A stretch of DNA of 64,000 nucleotides from Orbicella franksi (Eukaryota). Positions within the stretch are counted from its first letter, which is position 1. Every line of letters starts with the position of its first letter. Shown piece after piece: positions 46,186-59,139 of this stretch. Position numbers and translations under genes: made by a program. The notes beneath the pieces were generated by a model that was not told the origin of the DNA, searched no databases, and saw only the letters and a program-made list of their open reading frames with translations. The stretch covers positions 3,596,001-3,660,000 of the forward strand of contig OZ116712.1 in NCBI GenBank assembly GCA_964199315.1, read 5' to 3'.

Positions 46186-46787
46186 ATGTCTTCTTCTATT
46201 CCATATAGTTACTACAGTCCTTGCCATTTAGAGGGCGTCAACAAAAAGCAGACTGTGGTAATCGTAGTGACCTCCATCATCATTAACATTCTGTCACCGG
46301 TAGCAGTGATAGGGAATGCTTTAATAATGGCTGCAATTTGGAGGAACCAGTCTCTTAGAAGACCCCCTTCCTATATTCTACTGGGCTTTTTGGTATTTAC
46401 TGATCTTTATTGTTTTGTCTAATGACTACATCGACCGCCTATATTAAAGTTTTTCGAATAATTCGTCGTCACCAACAGCAAGTTCAAGCACACGAGCCGC
46501 GCCAAAATAGTGCTCAGCCGGCAATAGACCTGGCGAAGTACAAGAAATCTGTCTTCTCAATCTTGTACATTTTAGGAGTTTTTTATATCAGTTACCTTCC
46601 ATTTATTCTCTTTACTGGTCTCTCTTTTTATTACAGCCATTCTGATTTGGAGATGGCATTTATAATTTCACTAATGTTTCTGTTTGTGTCTTCCGCTCTG
46701 AATCCTCTCATTTGCTTGTGTAGAATGAATGACATCCGTAATGGGGCGAAACAATTACTACGGAGACTTGTTTGCAAGGAAACCTAG
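46186..46787 (+). pseudogene. GPCR member 11 (A, unit 1): 340-bp internal deletion removing TM2-end to TM5
   Basis: Matches 53006-53947 except that 53229-53568 is missing (602 vs 942 nt); junction GATCTTT/ATTGTTTTG with TTT microhomology; frameshift. Confidence 0.95.
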
Positions 46788-47184
46788 CGAGAGACGAACA
46801 TTACAACAATATGATCTGTATGATTCATGTATACAAGATATAGTATTGTACAAGCAGGTTTACAGAAAGGACTCACTACAATGAGAATGACAATGACAAT
46901 GTTAATGAATATATTATTTGTTCCTTTAAAGTCCTTTGAAAAAAATATTTCATTTTTAAGTGGCTCAGAACGTAAAGAATGAACAGAGGCCCAAAATTTG
47001 GGAAACCAGGAGTTTGAGATATAAGAAATATTTAAGAAACAGAACGAATACTTCTTTGTAGCCATTGTATGCAATATTCCTTGCATAATTTTATATCTAT
47101 TGTTTAGCTTCTGAAATGTTCTCAGCGGACGGCGCGAGATTGGCAAGCTGTGTTGCCTGCTATATTTCCCTCTATATCATAAAG

Positions 47185-47307
47185 CACTGTGATAAAACAC
47201 TCCGGACATGTGAGAACACTCGAGAAATGTAGAAAACGCTCGCCTACGGCTTGTGTTTTCCACATGTCCCTCGTGTTCTCAAATGCCCGTCGTGTTTTAT
47301 CACAGTG
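47185..47307. mobile_element. MITE (paralogous copy 54350-54472)
   Basis: 16-bp TIR CACTGTGATAAAACAC / GTGTTTTATCACAGTG. Confidence 0.8.
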
Positions 47308-48198
47308 TAATACACTTAGGCTTCTTTATTTGTTAAATATACTATGCTTTGGACCCAGTTTTCTTGCTTTTCTGTTGTTTTAATTTTTATCGCTGTTTTC
47401 ACGCCTAAATAAAAGTCGCCAGCTTCCTCTGTGTACATGTATCCCATATTGATGTTTTGCTTTTAAAACAAGATGAAGATTGCAGTTCTATTAATTTCAT
47501 CCCTCTGCCCTGTTTTTCATTCCTTTTATGTAAGCCGTCGCATAATTTATTGTATTGTAGAGATTGAAGAAGCCTTTACACACAAAATAGGGTCATGCAG
47601 AAAAATATTCGAAAGTCGGAGGTTATCTATAAATTAGTTTTACTTGCACAACGTGTTGATAAAAATATTTGAAGTAATTGGTCAAGAACCGCCTGAACAG
47701 AAATAGAACCAATATCTTCAACTTTTCTCGAAAATTATACGGAAAAAAAAAAACAGCTTCCGGACTTAATAATGCTGATTAAAACTGTTTGGTAAATGTT
47801 AAATTGCATCTAAGAACTAATGCTTTTTTGAAAACAAACTTTAATGATTAATCTCTTGGCACCACAGGAGGTGAGACTGAGGAAAAAAAAAACACAAAGT
47901 TTTCCACTGTCGAGATCCGAAACAATTGAAAGGTGAGGAAACAATATCTTTTTATTTGTTTTCCTTAGAAGTAATGCTAATAATAATGAAATTAAATGAC
48001 CTTGACAGAATACAAATATTTGTCCAAGATTAGATTATATCTAGGAAACCTGTCCGTTATGACTTGGTACCAGAAGTATTGGAGATGCGGAATGGAGAAA
48101 GCTGTTCGTAAGGAAGAATTGAACGAGGTCACAAGGATTTATGTGCATCACAATTAACGAAAGAGAAGATTATCACTCGCCTCAGTCCGAGGGCCATC

Positions 48199-49167
48199 AT
48201 GAGTAGTAACCTGACCGTGTCTCCAACACAGGATCATTTGAAGTTTTGCTACTTAGGCAGCGGCGTCCAAAACAATAGTTTTACATTTAACGCAGTAACT
48301 ATTTCCACGTCAGTTGTCTTAGCTGTGTTGTCGCCGATAGCGGTAGTGGGAAACATCTTGATCATGGCGGTAATTTGGAGGAATCAGACTCTTAGAACAC
48401 CATCCTACATTCTGTTGAGCGGTTTGGCTTTTACTGACTTTTGCACAGGATTTATCACACAGCCGTTATTTGTGGCAAGCAGATTTATTTGTTTTGAATC
48501 GTCGCAGGAAACTAACGCCCCACTGTTATCATTTCTGCCTTACACCATAGCTTTTTCTGCAGGCTGTTCCAGTTACTTTAATACCTTAACATTACTACTT
48601 ATAACACTTATGTCTATCGAAAGATGGCTGCACATGACTCGTCGATCACTCTTAACTGTGCGACGTAGTTGTTTGATTGTGGCAGCATTGATGGTCCTTC
48701 TCATACCACTCGCAGCAGTTCATTTGAAGCACATCTTAAAAAAAATTTCTAATCCCGTTTGGACGACAGTATTTTCCGTCATTTTACTCTTTTGTATTAT
48801 TACAACTTCGATTGCTTATTTTAAGGTTTTCAAAATTATTCGTCGTCATCAACTCCAAGTAACAACCAATGAAACGTCTCAGAACTTTGGTCAACCAGCA
48901 ATTAACTTGGCAAAGTACAAGAAATCTGTGTTTACGATCCTGTATATTTTGGCATTACTTTTCGCTAGTGTCTTGCCTCTTCTTGTATTTGTTGTACTTT
49001 CGCTCTTTTCGTACAATCTTTCCGTGTTAGATTTAACATTTCAAATAGCGTTAACGTTTTCCCATTTATCGTCTTCACTCAATCCTCTCATGTACCTCTG
49101 GAGGATGAATGATATTCGTAACGGCGTGAAGCAATTGTTAAATCACCTTCTTTGCAGAGATGGCTAG
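48199..49167 (+). CDS. Class A GPCR member 12 (B, unit 1; 322 aa)
   Basis: 7TM; LAFTD, SIERW, SVLP, LNPLMY. Confidence 0.95.
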   Translation: MSSNLTVSPTQDHLKFCYLGSGVQNNSFTFNAVTISTSVVLAVLSPIAVVGNILIMAVIWRNQTLRTPSYILLSGLAFTDFCTGFITQPLFVASRFICFESSQETNAPLLSFLPYTIAFSAGCSSYFNTLTLLLITLMSIERWLHMTRRSLLTVRRSCLIVAALMVLLIPLAAVHLKHILKKISNPVWTTVFSVILLFCIITTSIAYFKVFKIIRRHQLQVTTNETSQNFGQPAINLAKYKKSVFTILYILALLFASVLPLLVFVVLSLFSYNLSVLDLTFQIALTFSHLSSSLNPLMYLWRMNDIRNGVKQLLNHLLCRDG

Positions 49168-51309
49168 AAAGTCGTGAAGCAAACTTGCTTAACATTATGA
49201 ATTAGAGACCACTATTACCAAGTACAAAGGGTTTTTGAAAAAAAAAACCCTGTTCTCGTAGGTGTGTCAAATGGCTTTTGATAAAGGTCATGATGATCGA
49301 ATGGATGAATTGGGTCGATCATCGAACGTGCAACGTTTTTAGACGAGAGGAACTGCTGATGCTGGCGATTTTGAAAGAAATTTGATGGAGAAAAAGTGAT
49401 AAGAACACGCCAGGCTAGAATTTGGAGAAGCTGAGCGAAGATCTATCCAGTCATTGTCAATAGCGAAGCGCGCGAGTGACGTCATAACTCAGACAAACTC
49501 AGACAAACAAAACGGATTGGTGGAAGATTTGACGCCTTTTCAAGCGCGTAAGCAAGTGTTCCTAAAACAATTTTTCAAACAAAAATTTGGCGTTTATTTT
49601 CCTCCAATTTCTCTCAGAAAACGCTTACGTTGTCCGACTCTCGCGGGGTTCCAATAATTTGCATTCTATTTTTAGACTTTGTGCGCTTCGTTATCAAAGG
49701 AAGGCTTAGTATTACGAAGATTTGTAGAACCAAAATAGTAATGATCAGAAGCGTGGAGAACGTTTCGGTTAGACTAAAGCGAGTCAAAAAGATTCACTGA
49801 TTTAAACTGGACTCCTTTTTTTGTTTTGACTCTTGAAATGTTGGAGTAATATGCCAGTTTGAGTCCGTTACCTACCTTACACTTTGAATTCTAAGCTGGT
49901 ATAATAAAGATAAGATATCAAGTCTCAGATTAAAGCTTGCACCTCGTGTATACCCTCATGTACAGCAAAGACAACATGAATAACGTGGTTATGATCGAAA
50001 TTAATCGACTTTTCAAGAAATTAATTATTTTCTCTTTGATGAATTTGCTCAGCGTAGGTACGACAAATTCAATCACAACCAACATAGAATATGATGTATA
50101 ATCAGCGCAACGTCAACAAAAGTAATTAAAAACTGTACAGTTGGGCAAGACAAAAACACTAAAATACAGTTCACATGCAATCATCTTGTAGTCATTTATT
50201 AGAGTAAAGTATATGAACAACTGATTTGGACTGAATTGAAAATTGAGTTTTGGTTTTGGTAGCTTCCGATTACAGAATGACATAGAAAAGCAAGTAAAGT
50301 AAACTTAATTAAAATCTTCAATTGAAGTTAGAGAAATGATGATGTTTTGGTTTCCAAACATTTGAATTCAAGTGCAGTGCACCGTATTTGCATTTGCATT
50401 TATATTGGAATATTGGCTTCTTTTTAGAATCCATCTTATTGGCATCTAAATTACGAAGTAATTTTGATTTGCTTCCTCCGAAATACCGTTTTGCAGAGAA
50501 ACTAAGGATTCGGCAGCTTATTTAAATTTTATTTTATTTTATTTTTCAATTTAAATTTTGTCGTTTAAGAAGACAAAAATTTGCAATAAATTATCCATTT
50601 AAAGTGTGTTGAAAAATAATGCAAATGAAATTAACCGTATTGCGCACTTTCCAAGAATTTTGGGGAGAGCGTTGCAAACTTTCGTTTTAGGCGATCTTTA
50701 AGCAATATTTCAGCAATATTTCGTCTGGATTAAGACGAAGCCTTACTTAAAAATTTAACACTCGAAGTTTTACCCTGATTACACGTTATCCTGAGGGTTT
50801 ATGTGATGCCTGGAAGAATAACAACATTTCATTTCTGATCATTTGAGATCGATATGTACTTTCGCAATTTGGCCTTAAACCACTGCCCACCAAATGGATA
50901 CGTACGTTTTGTAAATCGCCAAGCGCGATGCGCGTTATTTATACTGTTGAATCCCGGTTTCTCGGACAGTCAGTCTTTCAAACCTTCCGATAACTCGAAC
51001 CAGAAGTCGTTTCCCCTCCTCAGTCAAACGCTATAATTTTACTCCCGATTTTCTCGTTTCCCTTGCAGGTTCGAAAAATCGGGATTGCGCTGTATTTAAC
51101 TGTTTTCGCTGTCAAAGTAACGCATTTTACATTAAATAAAACGTATCGGAATCCCGGCTTTAGGAAGAAAAGTGCTTACTTTCATTGATTTTGTGGATTT
51201 GCAATAGACCACAGCGCCGGATTGCTGTTCAGTTTGCACACACAAAGTAATTTATAAATGTACAGCCGCAAACTACTGCACAGAATCATCTCACGTTCTA
51301 GATTTGGAG

Positions 51310-51586
51310 TTAATAATAATAATAATAATAGTAATAATAATAAAAAATAATAACAAACTTTATTGAGCACTTTTCCATACAAACTTGAATCTTACATGTA
51401 TCTGGTAAAAAATTCAGAAATTCTGTTGTTCCTTAAGTTTCGGTAATTATAATAATAATAATAATATCAAAATAATAATAATAATTTAGTATCATTATTA
51501 TTTTGATATTATCATTATTATTATAATTACCGAAAACTTAAGGAACAACAGAATTTCTGATAGTAATAATAATAATAATAATAATG

Positions 51587-51620
<34 letters not shown>
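51310..51620. repeat. AT-rich palindromic region: (TAA)n tract, ~70-bp-arm hairpin (51414-51560) and a (TAA)n/(TTA)n palindrome
   Basis: TCAGAAATTCTGTTGTTCCTTAAGTTT.CGGTAATTATAAT...ATCAAAATAATA is mirrored by its reverse complement across a ~5-nt loop. Confidence 0.93.
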
Positions 51621-51621
<1 letters not shown>

Positions 51622-53005
51622 AGGAAGCTCTTTCACCTACCGGTGATATACAGAGAGGTCCTCTTCCAAATATATCATTAACCACATAAATAAATGAATA
51701 AAATATGTTCTAAAACTAAACTAATACGGAGTTTTCTTTGTAAAGTAATGGCTCTTTTCACGGTAGGCACAGAGAGAGGCAAAAGGTGCACTGTGTGAAT
51801 AAAGTCCTGCGTTTTTATTCAATAATATTGAAACTTTGCACCAGATAGAAATTGTAATTCTCTAAAATTCTAAGTTTTTAGTTTCTAAGACTTTGGCATT
51901 TTGGCGACTAAGAAAATGACGTCATGAAGTAACGGTCGAATTTTGGCTTTATTAATATAGGATATCACTATTTGAAAGACCTTTTCACCAGGAACCCAAA
52001 GCGAAGAAAAAATGAAATGTTTATCTACTCAAAAGATGTGACGTTTTGAAATTTTCATTTTACGAGATGAACCACAAGAACATGGTTTACCACGTGACCA
52101 AGAAATCCAATAAAGCAAGAGACGAGAAAAGCTTGTCAGGGCCATATGCTCGATTATTTCGATTCCCACAAAAAGGTAAATGAATATATAAAAAGGAAAG
52201 TGAACTGACGGTTTCCTATCAATGTGTCAATACCCAAAAATAAATTCAAAAAACAGATGAAAGCACGTTTTTCGGATATAAGCGCGACATCAGCGAAAAA
52301 AACGTGTTCGTGAAAGAACTTAGAAAAGATCAGTACATAATTCCATGCCAGTAAAATTGCTTTCCATTGCATCCAACCGAGAACGAAACAAGGAAAGAAG
52401 AAACGTAAAAGTCGACTGAATATTTTGATTTAAATCAACGTTTATTTTTAATTAACAAGAGCTTTGTCGTCAACATTTGGATTGCTTTTCTAATCTTAAA
52501 GCATGAATTATAAAGGTTGGTAACTCAGGAAGACTCTGTAACCATGTCATGATACCGTATCGAATTTAAATGTATTAAAATGCAGCTATTTGGACCAGTG
52601 TTCGCCGTAAATTCTGATTTTGATTTTTGAGCGTATGTATCCTTAAGCTTAGCCCCAACATTAGTCAGTGGCTCAGTTTCAATCAGATTAATTATGATAC
52701 TTTCCTTGGCTCTTTTGTCGTATGTTTGTTGCTGTACGGAAGAAGACTGTCAGTTCTCGATTAACTAATTTCAAGTTAGTTATAATGAAATGACCTACTA
52801 GTCATAAAGGATAAATATAGCAAGAGACACTACGGGGTTTGTGTACACTTTATCTTGAATTCCATTCAGTTCTCGTTATACAAAGTAAACTCGAAACAAG
52901 CTTTAAAAAGACATCAGTGTGGTCTACAAGAGACAAAAGATTATTTCCGCCTTATTGAAGAGTCACCGTTCCCTCTTTTAAGGTTCCACTGTCTGCCACA
53001 ACAAT

Positions 53006-53947
53006 ATGTCTTCTTCCATTCCATATAGTTACCACAGTCCTTGCCATTTAGAGGGCGTCAACAAAAAGCAGACTGTGGTTATCGTAGTGACGTCCATCAT
53101 CATTACCATTCTGTCACCGGTAGCAGTGATAGGGAATGCTTTAATAATGGCTGCAATTTGGAGGAACCAGTCTCTTAGAAGAACCCCTTCCTATATTCTA
53201 CTGGGCTTTTTGGTATTTACTGATCTTTGTACGGGACTCATTACCCAGCCTTTTCACATTGCAGCCGAGTTCATTTGTATTATGGACTCCGAGGAAGAAA
53301 AGATGGAGCATTCGTTTCTCGCTTATACAAGAACAATTGCCGAAGGCAGTGGTACGTATTTTAGCTCCTTAACTCTATTTCTTCTCACATGGATGTCCGT
53401 CGAAAGATGGCTACACATGACTCGCCGATCTTTGCTGACTGTGCGTCGTTCCTGTATTATGATGACAGTTACAATGTTCCTTCTGATGCCCTTAGTAGCA
53501 TTTCGCTTGTTGCATTTGTTTAGGAACACTCATCGCTTCGTCTCGAATGCCATTTTGTTCGTCATTTTATTGTTTTGTCTAATGACTACATCGACCGCCT
53601 ATATTAAAGTTTTTCGAATAATTCGTCGTCACCAACAGCAAGTTCAAGCACACGAGCCGCGTCAAAATAGTGCTCAGCCGGCAATAGACCTGGCGAAGTA
53701 CAAGAAATCTGTCTTCTCAATCTTGTACATTTTAGGAATTTTTTATATCAGTTACCTTCCATTTATTCTCTTCACTGGTCTCTCTTTTTTTTACAGCCAT
53801 TCTGATTTGGAGGTGGCATTTATAATTTCACTAATGTTTCTGTTTGTGTCTTCCGCTCTGAATCCTCTCATTTGCTTGTGTAGAATGAATGACATCCGTA
53901 ATGGGGCGAAACAATTACTACGGAGACTTGTTTGCAAGGAAACCTAG
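53006..53947 (+). CDS. Class A GPCR member 13 (A, unit 2; 313 aa; NPLIC variant)
   Basis: 7TM; LVFTD, SVERW, SYLP, LNPLIC. Confidence 0.93.
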   Translation: MSSSIPYSYHSPCHLEGVNKKQTVVIVVTSIIITILSPVAVIGNALIMAAIWRNQSLRRTPSYILLGFLVFTDLCTGLITQPFHIAAEFICIMDSEEEKMEHSFLAYTRTIAEGSGTYFSSLTLFLLTWMSVERWLHMTRRSLLTVRRSCIMMTVTMFLLMPLVAFRLLHLFRNTHRFVSNAILFVILLFCLMTTSTAYIKVFRIIRRHQQQVQAHEPRQNSAQPAIDLAKYKKSVFSILYILGIFYISYLPFILFTGLSFFYSHSDLEVAFIISLMFLFVSSALNPLICLCRMNDIRNGAKQLLRRLVCKET

Positions 53948-55390
53948 CTAGAGAAGAACATTACAGCAATATGATCTGTATGATTCATATAACTATACAA
54001 GATATATTATTGTACAAGCAGGTTTACAGAAAGGACTCACTACAATGAGAATGACAATGACAATGTTAATGAATGTATTGTTTGTTGCTCTAAAGGCCTT
54101 TGAAAAAAAATATTTCATTTTTAAGTGGCTCAGAACGTAAAGGATGAACAGAGGCCCAAAATTTGGGAAACCAGGAGTTTGAGATATAAGAAATATTTAA
54201 GAAACAGAACGAATACTTCTTTGTAGCCATTGTATGCAATATTCCTTGCATAATTCTATATCTATTGTTTAGCTTCTGAAATGTTCTCAGCGGACGGCGC
54301 GAGATTGGCAAGCTGTGTTGCCTGCTATATTTCCCTCTATATCATAAAGCGCTGTGATAAAACACTCCGGACATGTGAGAACACTCGAGAAATGTAGAAA
54401 ACGCTCGCCTACGGCTTGTGTTTTCCACATGTCCCTCGTGTTCTCAAATGCCCGTCGTGTTTTATCACAGTGTAATACACAGCTTAGGCTTCTTTATTTG
54501 TTACATATACTATGCTTTGGACCCAGTTTTCTTGCTTTTCTGTTGTTTTAATTTTTATCGCTGTTTTCATGCCTAAATCAAAGTCGCCAGCTTTCTCTGT
54601 GTATATGTATCCCATTGTGATGTTTTGCTTTTAAAACAAGATGAAGATTGCAGTTCTATTAATTTCATCCCTCTGCCCTGTTTTTCATTCCTTTTATGTA
54701 AGCCGTCGCATAATTTATTGTATTGTAGAGATTGAAGAAGCCTTTACACACAAAATAGGGTCATGCAGAAAAATATTCGAAAGTCGGAGGTTATCTATAA
54801 ATTAGTTTTACTTGCACAACGTGTTGATAAAAATATTTGAAGTAATTGGTCAAGAACCGCCTGAACAGAAATAGAACCAATATCTTCAACTTTTCTCGAA
54901 AATTATACGGAAAAAAAAACAGCTTCCGGACTTAATAATGCTGATTAAAACTGTTTGGTAAATGTTAAATTGCATCTAAGAACTAATGCTTTTTTGAAAA
55001 CAAACTTTAATGATTAATCTCTTGGCACCACAAGAGGTGAGACTGTCGGAAAAAAAAAAAAAAAAACACAAAGTTTTCCACCGTCGAGATCCGAAATAAT
55101 TGAAAGGTGAGGAAACAATATCTTTTTATTTGTTTTCCTTAGGAGTAATACTAATAATAATGAAATTAAATGACCTTGACAGAATACAAATATTTGTCCA
55201 AGAGAACTAAAGTGCATCGCTTTAACGGTGTAGAGGAAATTAAATTATATCTAGGAAACCTGTCCGTTATGACTTGGAACCAGAAGCATCGGAGATGCGG
55301 AATGGAGAAAGCTGTCCGTAAGGAAGAATTGAACGAGGTCACAAGGATTCATATGCATCACAATTAACTCGCCCCAGTCCGAGTGCCATC

Positions 55391-56359
55391 ATGAGTAGTA
55401 ACCTGACCGTGTCTCCAACACACGATCATTTGAAGTTTTGCTACTTAGGCAGCGGCGTCCAAAACAATAGTTTTACATTTAACGCAGTAACTATTTCCAC
55501 GTCAGTTGTCTTAGCTGTGTTGTCGCCGATAGCGGTAGTGGGAAACATCTTGATCATGGCGGTAATTTGGAGGAATAAGACTCTTAGAACACCATCCTAC
55601 ATTCTGTTGAGCGGTTTGGCTTTTACTGACTTTTGCACAGGATTTATCACACAGCCGTTATTTGTGGCAAGCAGATTTATTTGTTTTGAATCGTCGCAGG
55701 AAACTAACGCCCCACTGTTATCATTTCTGCCTTACACCATAGCTTTTTCTGCAGGCTGTTCCAGTTACTTTAATGCCTTAACATTGCTACTTATAACACT
55801 TATGTCTATCGAAAGATGGCTGCACATGACTCGTCGATCACTCTTGACTGTGCGACGTAGTTGTTTGATTGTGGCAGCATTGATGGTCGTTCTCATACCA
55901 CTCGCAGCAGTTCATTTGAAGCACATCTTAAAAAAAATTTCTGATCCCGTTTGGACGACAGTATTTTCCGTCATTTTACTCTTTTGTATTATTACAACCT
56001 CGATTGCGTATTTTAAGGTTTTCAAAATTATTCGTCGTCATCAACTCCAAGTAACAACCAATGAAACGTCTCAGAACTTTGGCCAACCAGCAATTAACTT
56101 GGCAAAGTACAAGAAATCTGTGTTTACGATCCTGTATATTTTGGCATTACTTTTCGCTAGTGTCTTGCCTCTTCTTGTATTTGCTGTACTTTCGCTCTTT
56201 TCGTACAATCTTTCTGTGTTAGATTTAACATTTCAAATAGCGTTAACGTTTTCCTATTTATCGTCTTCACTCAATCCTCTCATGTACCTCTGGAGGATGA
56301 ATGATATTCGTAACGGCGTGAAGCAATTGTTAAATCGCCTTCTTTGCAAAGATGGCTAG
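55391..56359 (+). CDS. Class A GPCR member 14 (B, unit 2; 322 aa)
   Basis: 9 amino-acid differences from member 12. Confidence 0.95.
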   Translation: MSSNLTVSPTHDHLKFCYLGSGVQNNSFTFNAVTISTSVVLAVLSPIAVVGNILIMAVIWRNKTLRTPSYILLSGLAFTDFCTGFITQPLFVASRFICFESSQETNAPLLSFLPYTIAFSAGCSSYFNALTLLLITLMSIERWLHMTRRSLLTVRRSCLIVAALMVVLIPLAAVHLKHILKKISDPVWTTVFSVILLFCIITTSIAYFKVFKIIRRHQLQVTTNETSQNFGQPAINLAKYKKSVFTILYILALLFASVLPLLVFAVLSLFSYNLSVLDLTFQIALTFSYLSSSLNPLMYLWRMNDIRNGVKQLLNRLLCKDG

Positions 56360-59139
56360 AAAGTCGTGAAGCTAGCTTGCTTAACATTATGAATTAGAGA
56401 CCACTATTACCAAGTACAAAGGGTTTTTGAAAAAAAAAAACCTGTTCTCGTAGGTGTGCCAAATGGCTTTTGATAAAGGTCATGATGATCGAATGGATGA
56501 ATTGGGTCGATCATCGAACGTGCAACGTTTTTAGACGAGAGGAACTGCTGATGCTGGCGATTTTGAAAGAAATTTGATGGAGAAAAAGTGATAAGAACAC
56601 GCCAGGCTAGAATTTGGAGAAGCTGAGCGAAGATCTATCCAGTCATTATCAATAGCGAAGTGCGCGAGTGACGTCATAACTCAGACAAACTCAGACAAAC
56701 AAAACGGATTGGTGGAAGATTTGACGCCTTTTCAAGCGTGTAAGCAAGTGTTCCTAAAACAATTTTTCAAACAAAAATTTGGCGTTTATTTTCCTCCAAT
56801 TTCTCTCAGAAAACGCTTAAGTTGTCCGACTCGCGGGGTTCCAATAATTTGCATTCTATTTTTAGACTTTGCGCGTTTCGTTGTCGCAGATATCTAAGAA
56901 GACGCGCTGAGATGCTTCTTGTTGAGGACCTATGGCCACCGAAGCAGGAGATGTGTCAAACACCAGAGACAGCTTTACACCACATTTCAAAACATTGCAA
57001 AGTTCGTCAAAAATGCTCCGCTGGACATGTGCTAATTTGGAAATGTGGGCTCTCGTGTTCATATATTATAAAAACAATAGTTATATACCCTGTTGCCTCC
57101 GTACTCGACCTATACACCTAGAAACCAAATTTCCTTATGGTTTTAGAATCTCTTTCGCAAACTGAATTTCCAAGTTCCGAAATGCTGACAAGATTGATGC
57201 CTAGATGTTGAATTTATACCTAACTTATGCAAACCTTCTGCGAAGAAGCAAGTGCTTGAATTAGCTTAGCTTCCTGACCACCAAATACAAATGATCATGA
57301 CCTACAGGTTTTTTCACCTCTGATGTATATCACCCTTCGCGCGCTCTTACAGCATCCTTGCATCAGTTTATCTTGATTTTTTTTTATTTTTAATTTTTTT
57401 TAATATCTCATTGTATTATTTTTATTCAGGTTTTTACAGTTGGTGTGATATCTCACGATTTTTACCGACTTACCTAAGTGTAGATGTAAATGTAGATCTT
57501 GATGTTTGGTGAACTACTGTTCAAATGGGTCTGTTGAACCCCTTCCAGCAAGGAAATTGAAAGAGAGGCAAAACTAAGTTACTTTACTACTGTATGGCGA
57601 AATAAGGCGGATTGTGTAACATTTATAATGAAAAAGAATGGAATTCACTTTGATTATTTTAGGGTGCGTTTGTTTGGGAAAATCAAAGATTGGATTCTTC
57701 GATCCAAAACGGATTTTTTTGTTTCTTTACTAAACAGGTTAATCGAAGGTCACTCGGATCATGATAGATCAAAGGAACCGAAAAATCCTTGCCCAGAGGG
57801 GATTCTTCGGTCCAAATTCCTTTGATGCACCATGATCCGAGTGATCTTGAGCCCTATTTAAATCGATACCCTCTGTCAGACCCACTTTATAATTATTTCT
57901 CTAGTCCAGACCAATGTTAAAGGCAATGTTTACATGCTTTTATAGGTAGGATAAGTTCTTCTAATTCAAGACTAGAGTGCAAAAACCATACCCTATTTGA
58001 GACCAAAATGGCCAAAATCGATTCCCTATTTCTGACTAAAAAGGCTAAAAACCATACCCTTGGGGGCCGCACATACCAACATAGCCCACATAAGGGAGTA
58101 CCTCCTCGCAGGCAATGACGCCACTATTGTTATTACTGCGTCAATCAGTTTGGTGAAAAAAGAACTTCCTTAAAATAACTAGTTGGTAAATCTAGGTCAA
58201 ACAATATCTGTACATCACATTGCTGATTACTGTGCCCAAGGAAATAGCCAAAATCCCAGCCATCGAAACATTATTGTATTATAAACATGATGTACACCGG
58301 TAAAGACTAAAACTTGAAACGTTAAAAGCTATAATACTTGTATTTATTCACTTAAACGGCTACTTTAACAAATAAAACATTGAATTAGTTTTATAATAGG
58401 AAGTAAACTATGTACAGGCATGTTTAACTTTTCTCAGTGTTATCAGTCGACACCTACACAAATTGTTGACTAGAAAGTATTAATAGAAGTTGTCATTAAA
58501 CGTTCGATGACATTTTGATACATTCTTCAGTTGGGAATTTAAGGTTAGGTGGTTTGAAAGGTTTCAATAAAGATGTTGAGTTTAAAGGCATGAGAAATCT
58601 GATAGCAGTTATGTATTCAACTGATGCATTTGCGAAAACAAAGCTTGCTTGTACAAGATTCGAACGTACACAGGACTCACCCATGATCTGATTGGTTAAA
58701 TCGCTGATTGTTGACAGCTTTGAGATAAATATTTGACAGATCTTTACAGCGGCTTGTATATTTGCATAATTTTTACCTTGAGTGAGAAAGATGGCGTCTG
58801 CGTGCAATGCACAGTTTAGAAACGTAAATTCGAGGCAGCTTTGAGGAATTCTTCACAACATTTTATTCATATCTCTGGTTTGAAACTTGAACAGAAGCCA
58901 TGCCTGGAAACTAGCTCAGAAGCGCGATGTTTTTGGCATTCGGGAATAGTTTAATCTTCCAATTGTTATCAAGTCTACTGAGACATATCAAAAACATCAA
59001 TTTTTTTACCTTCTTGGCTGATTTGTAACAGGCTTATCACCAAGGGCGGATTGGTGCATCAAAAACAAAGTCTACTGGCTTCCCCTACGTATTCCCTACA
59101 AGATATCGCGATTAAAACGTAGCTTGGACTTCTATATTG

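Larger units (their letters stand above)
43170..49692 (+). repeat. Tandem segmental duplication, unit 1 (GPCR A pseudogene plus GPCR B)
   Basis: Starts TAGTATTACGAAGATTTGTA and ends TTCTATTTTTAGACTTTG, matching unit 2. Confidence 0.93.
49693..56882 (+). repeat. Tandem segmental duplication, unit 2 (intact GPCR A and B)
   Basis: Colinear with 43170-49692. Confidence 0.93.

Noticed and set aside
45081-56676. Perfect CRE palindromes TGACGTCA at 45081, 49477, 51917 and 56669 as cAMP feedback sites
   Set aside because: Only two independent sites (duplicated), apparently within repeat-derived sequence; no evidence of function.
58496-58807. 103-aa minus-strand ORF and similar isolated intergenic ORFs (140, 4311, 13916, 39591, 40054, 46784)
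   Set aside because: No recognisable domain, signal or splice context; lengths are compatible with chance or repeat origin.
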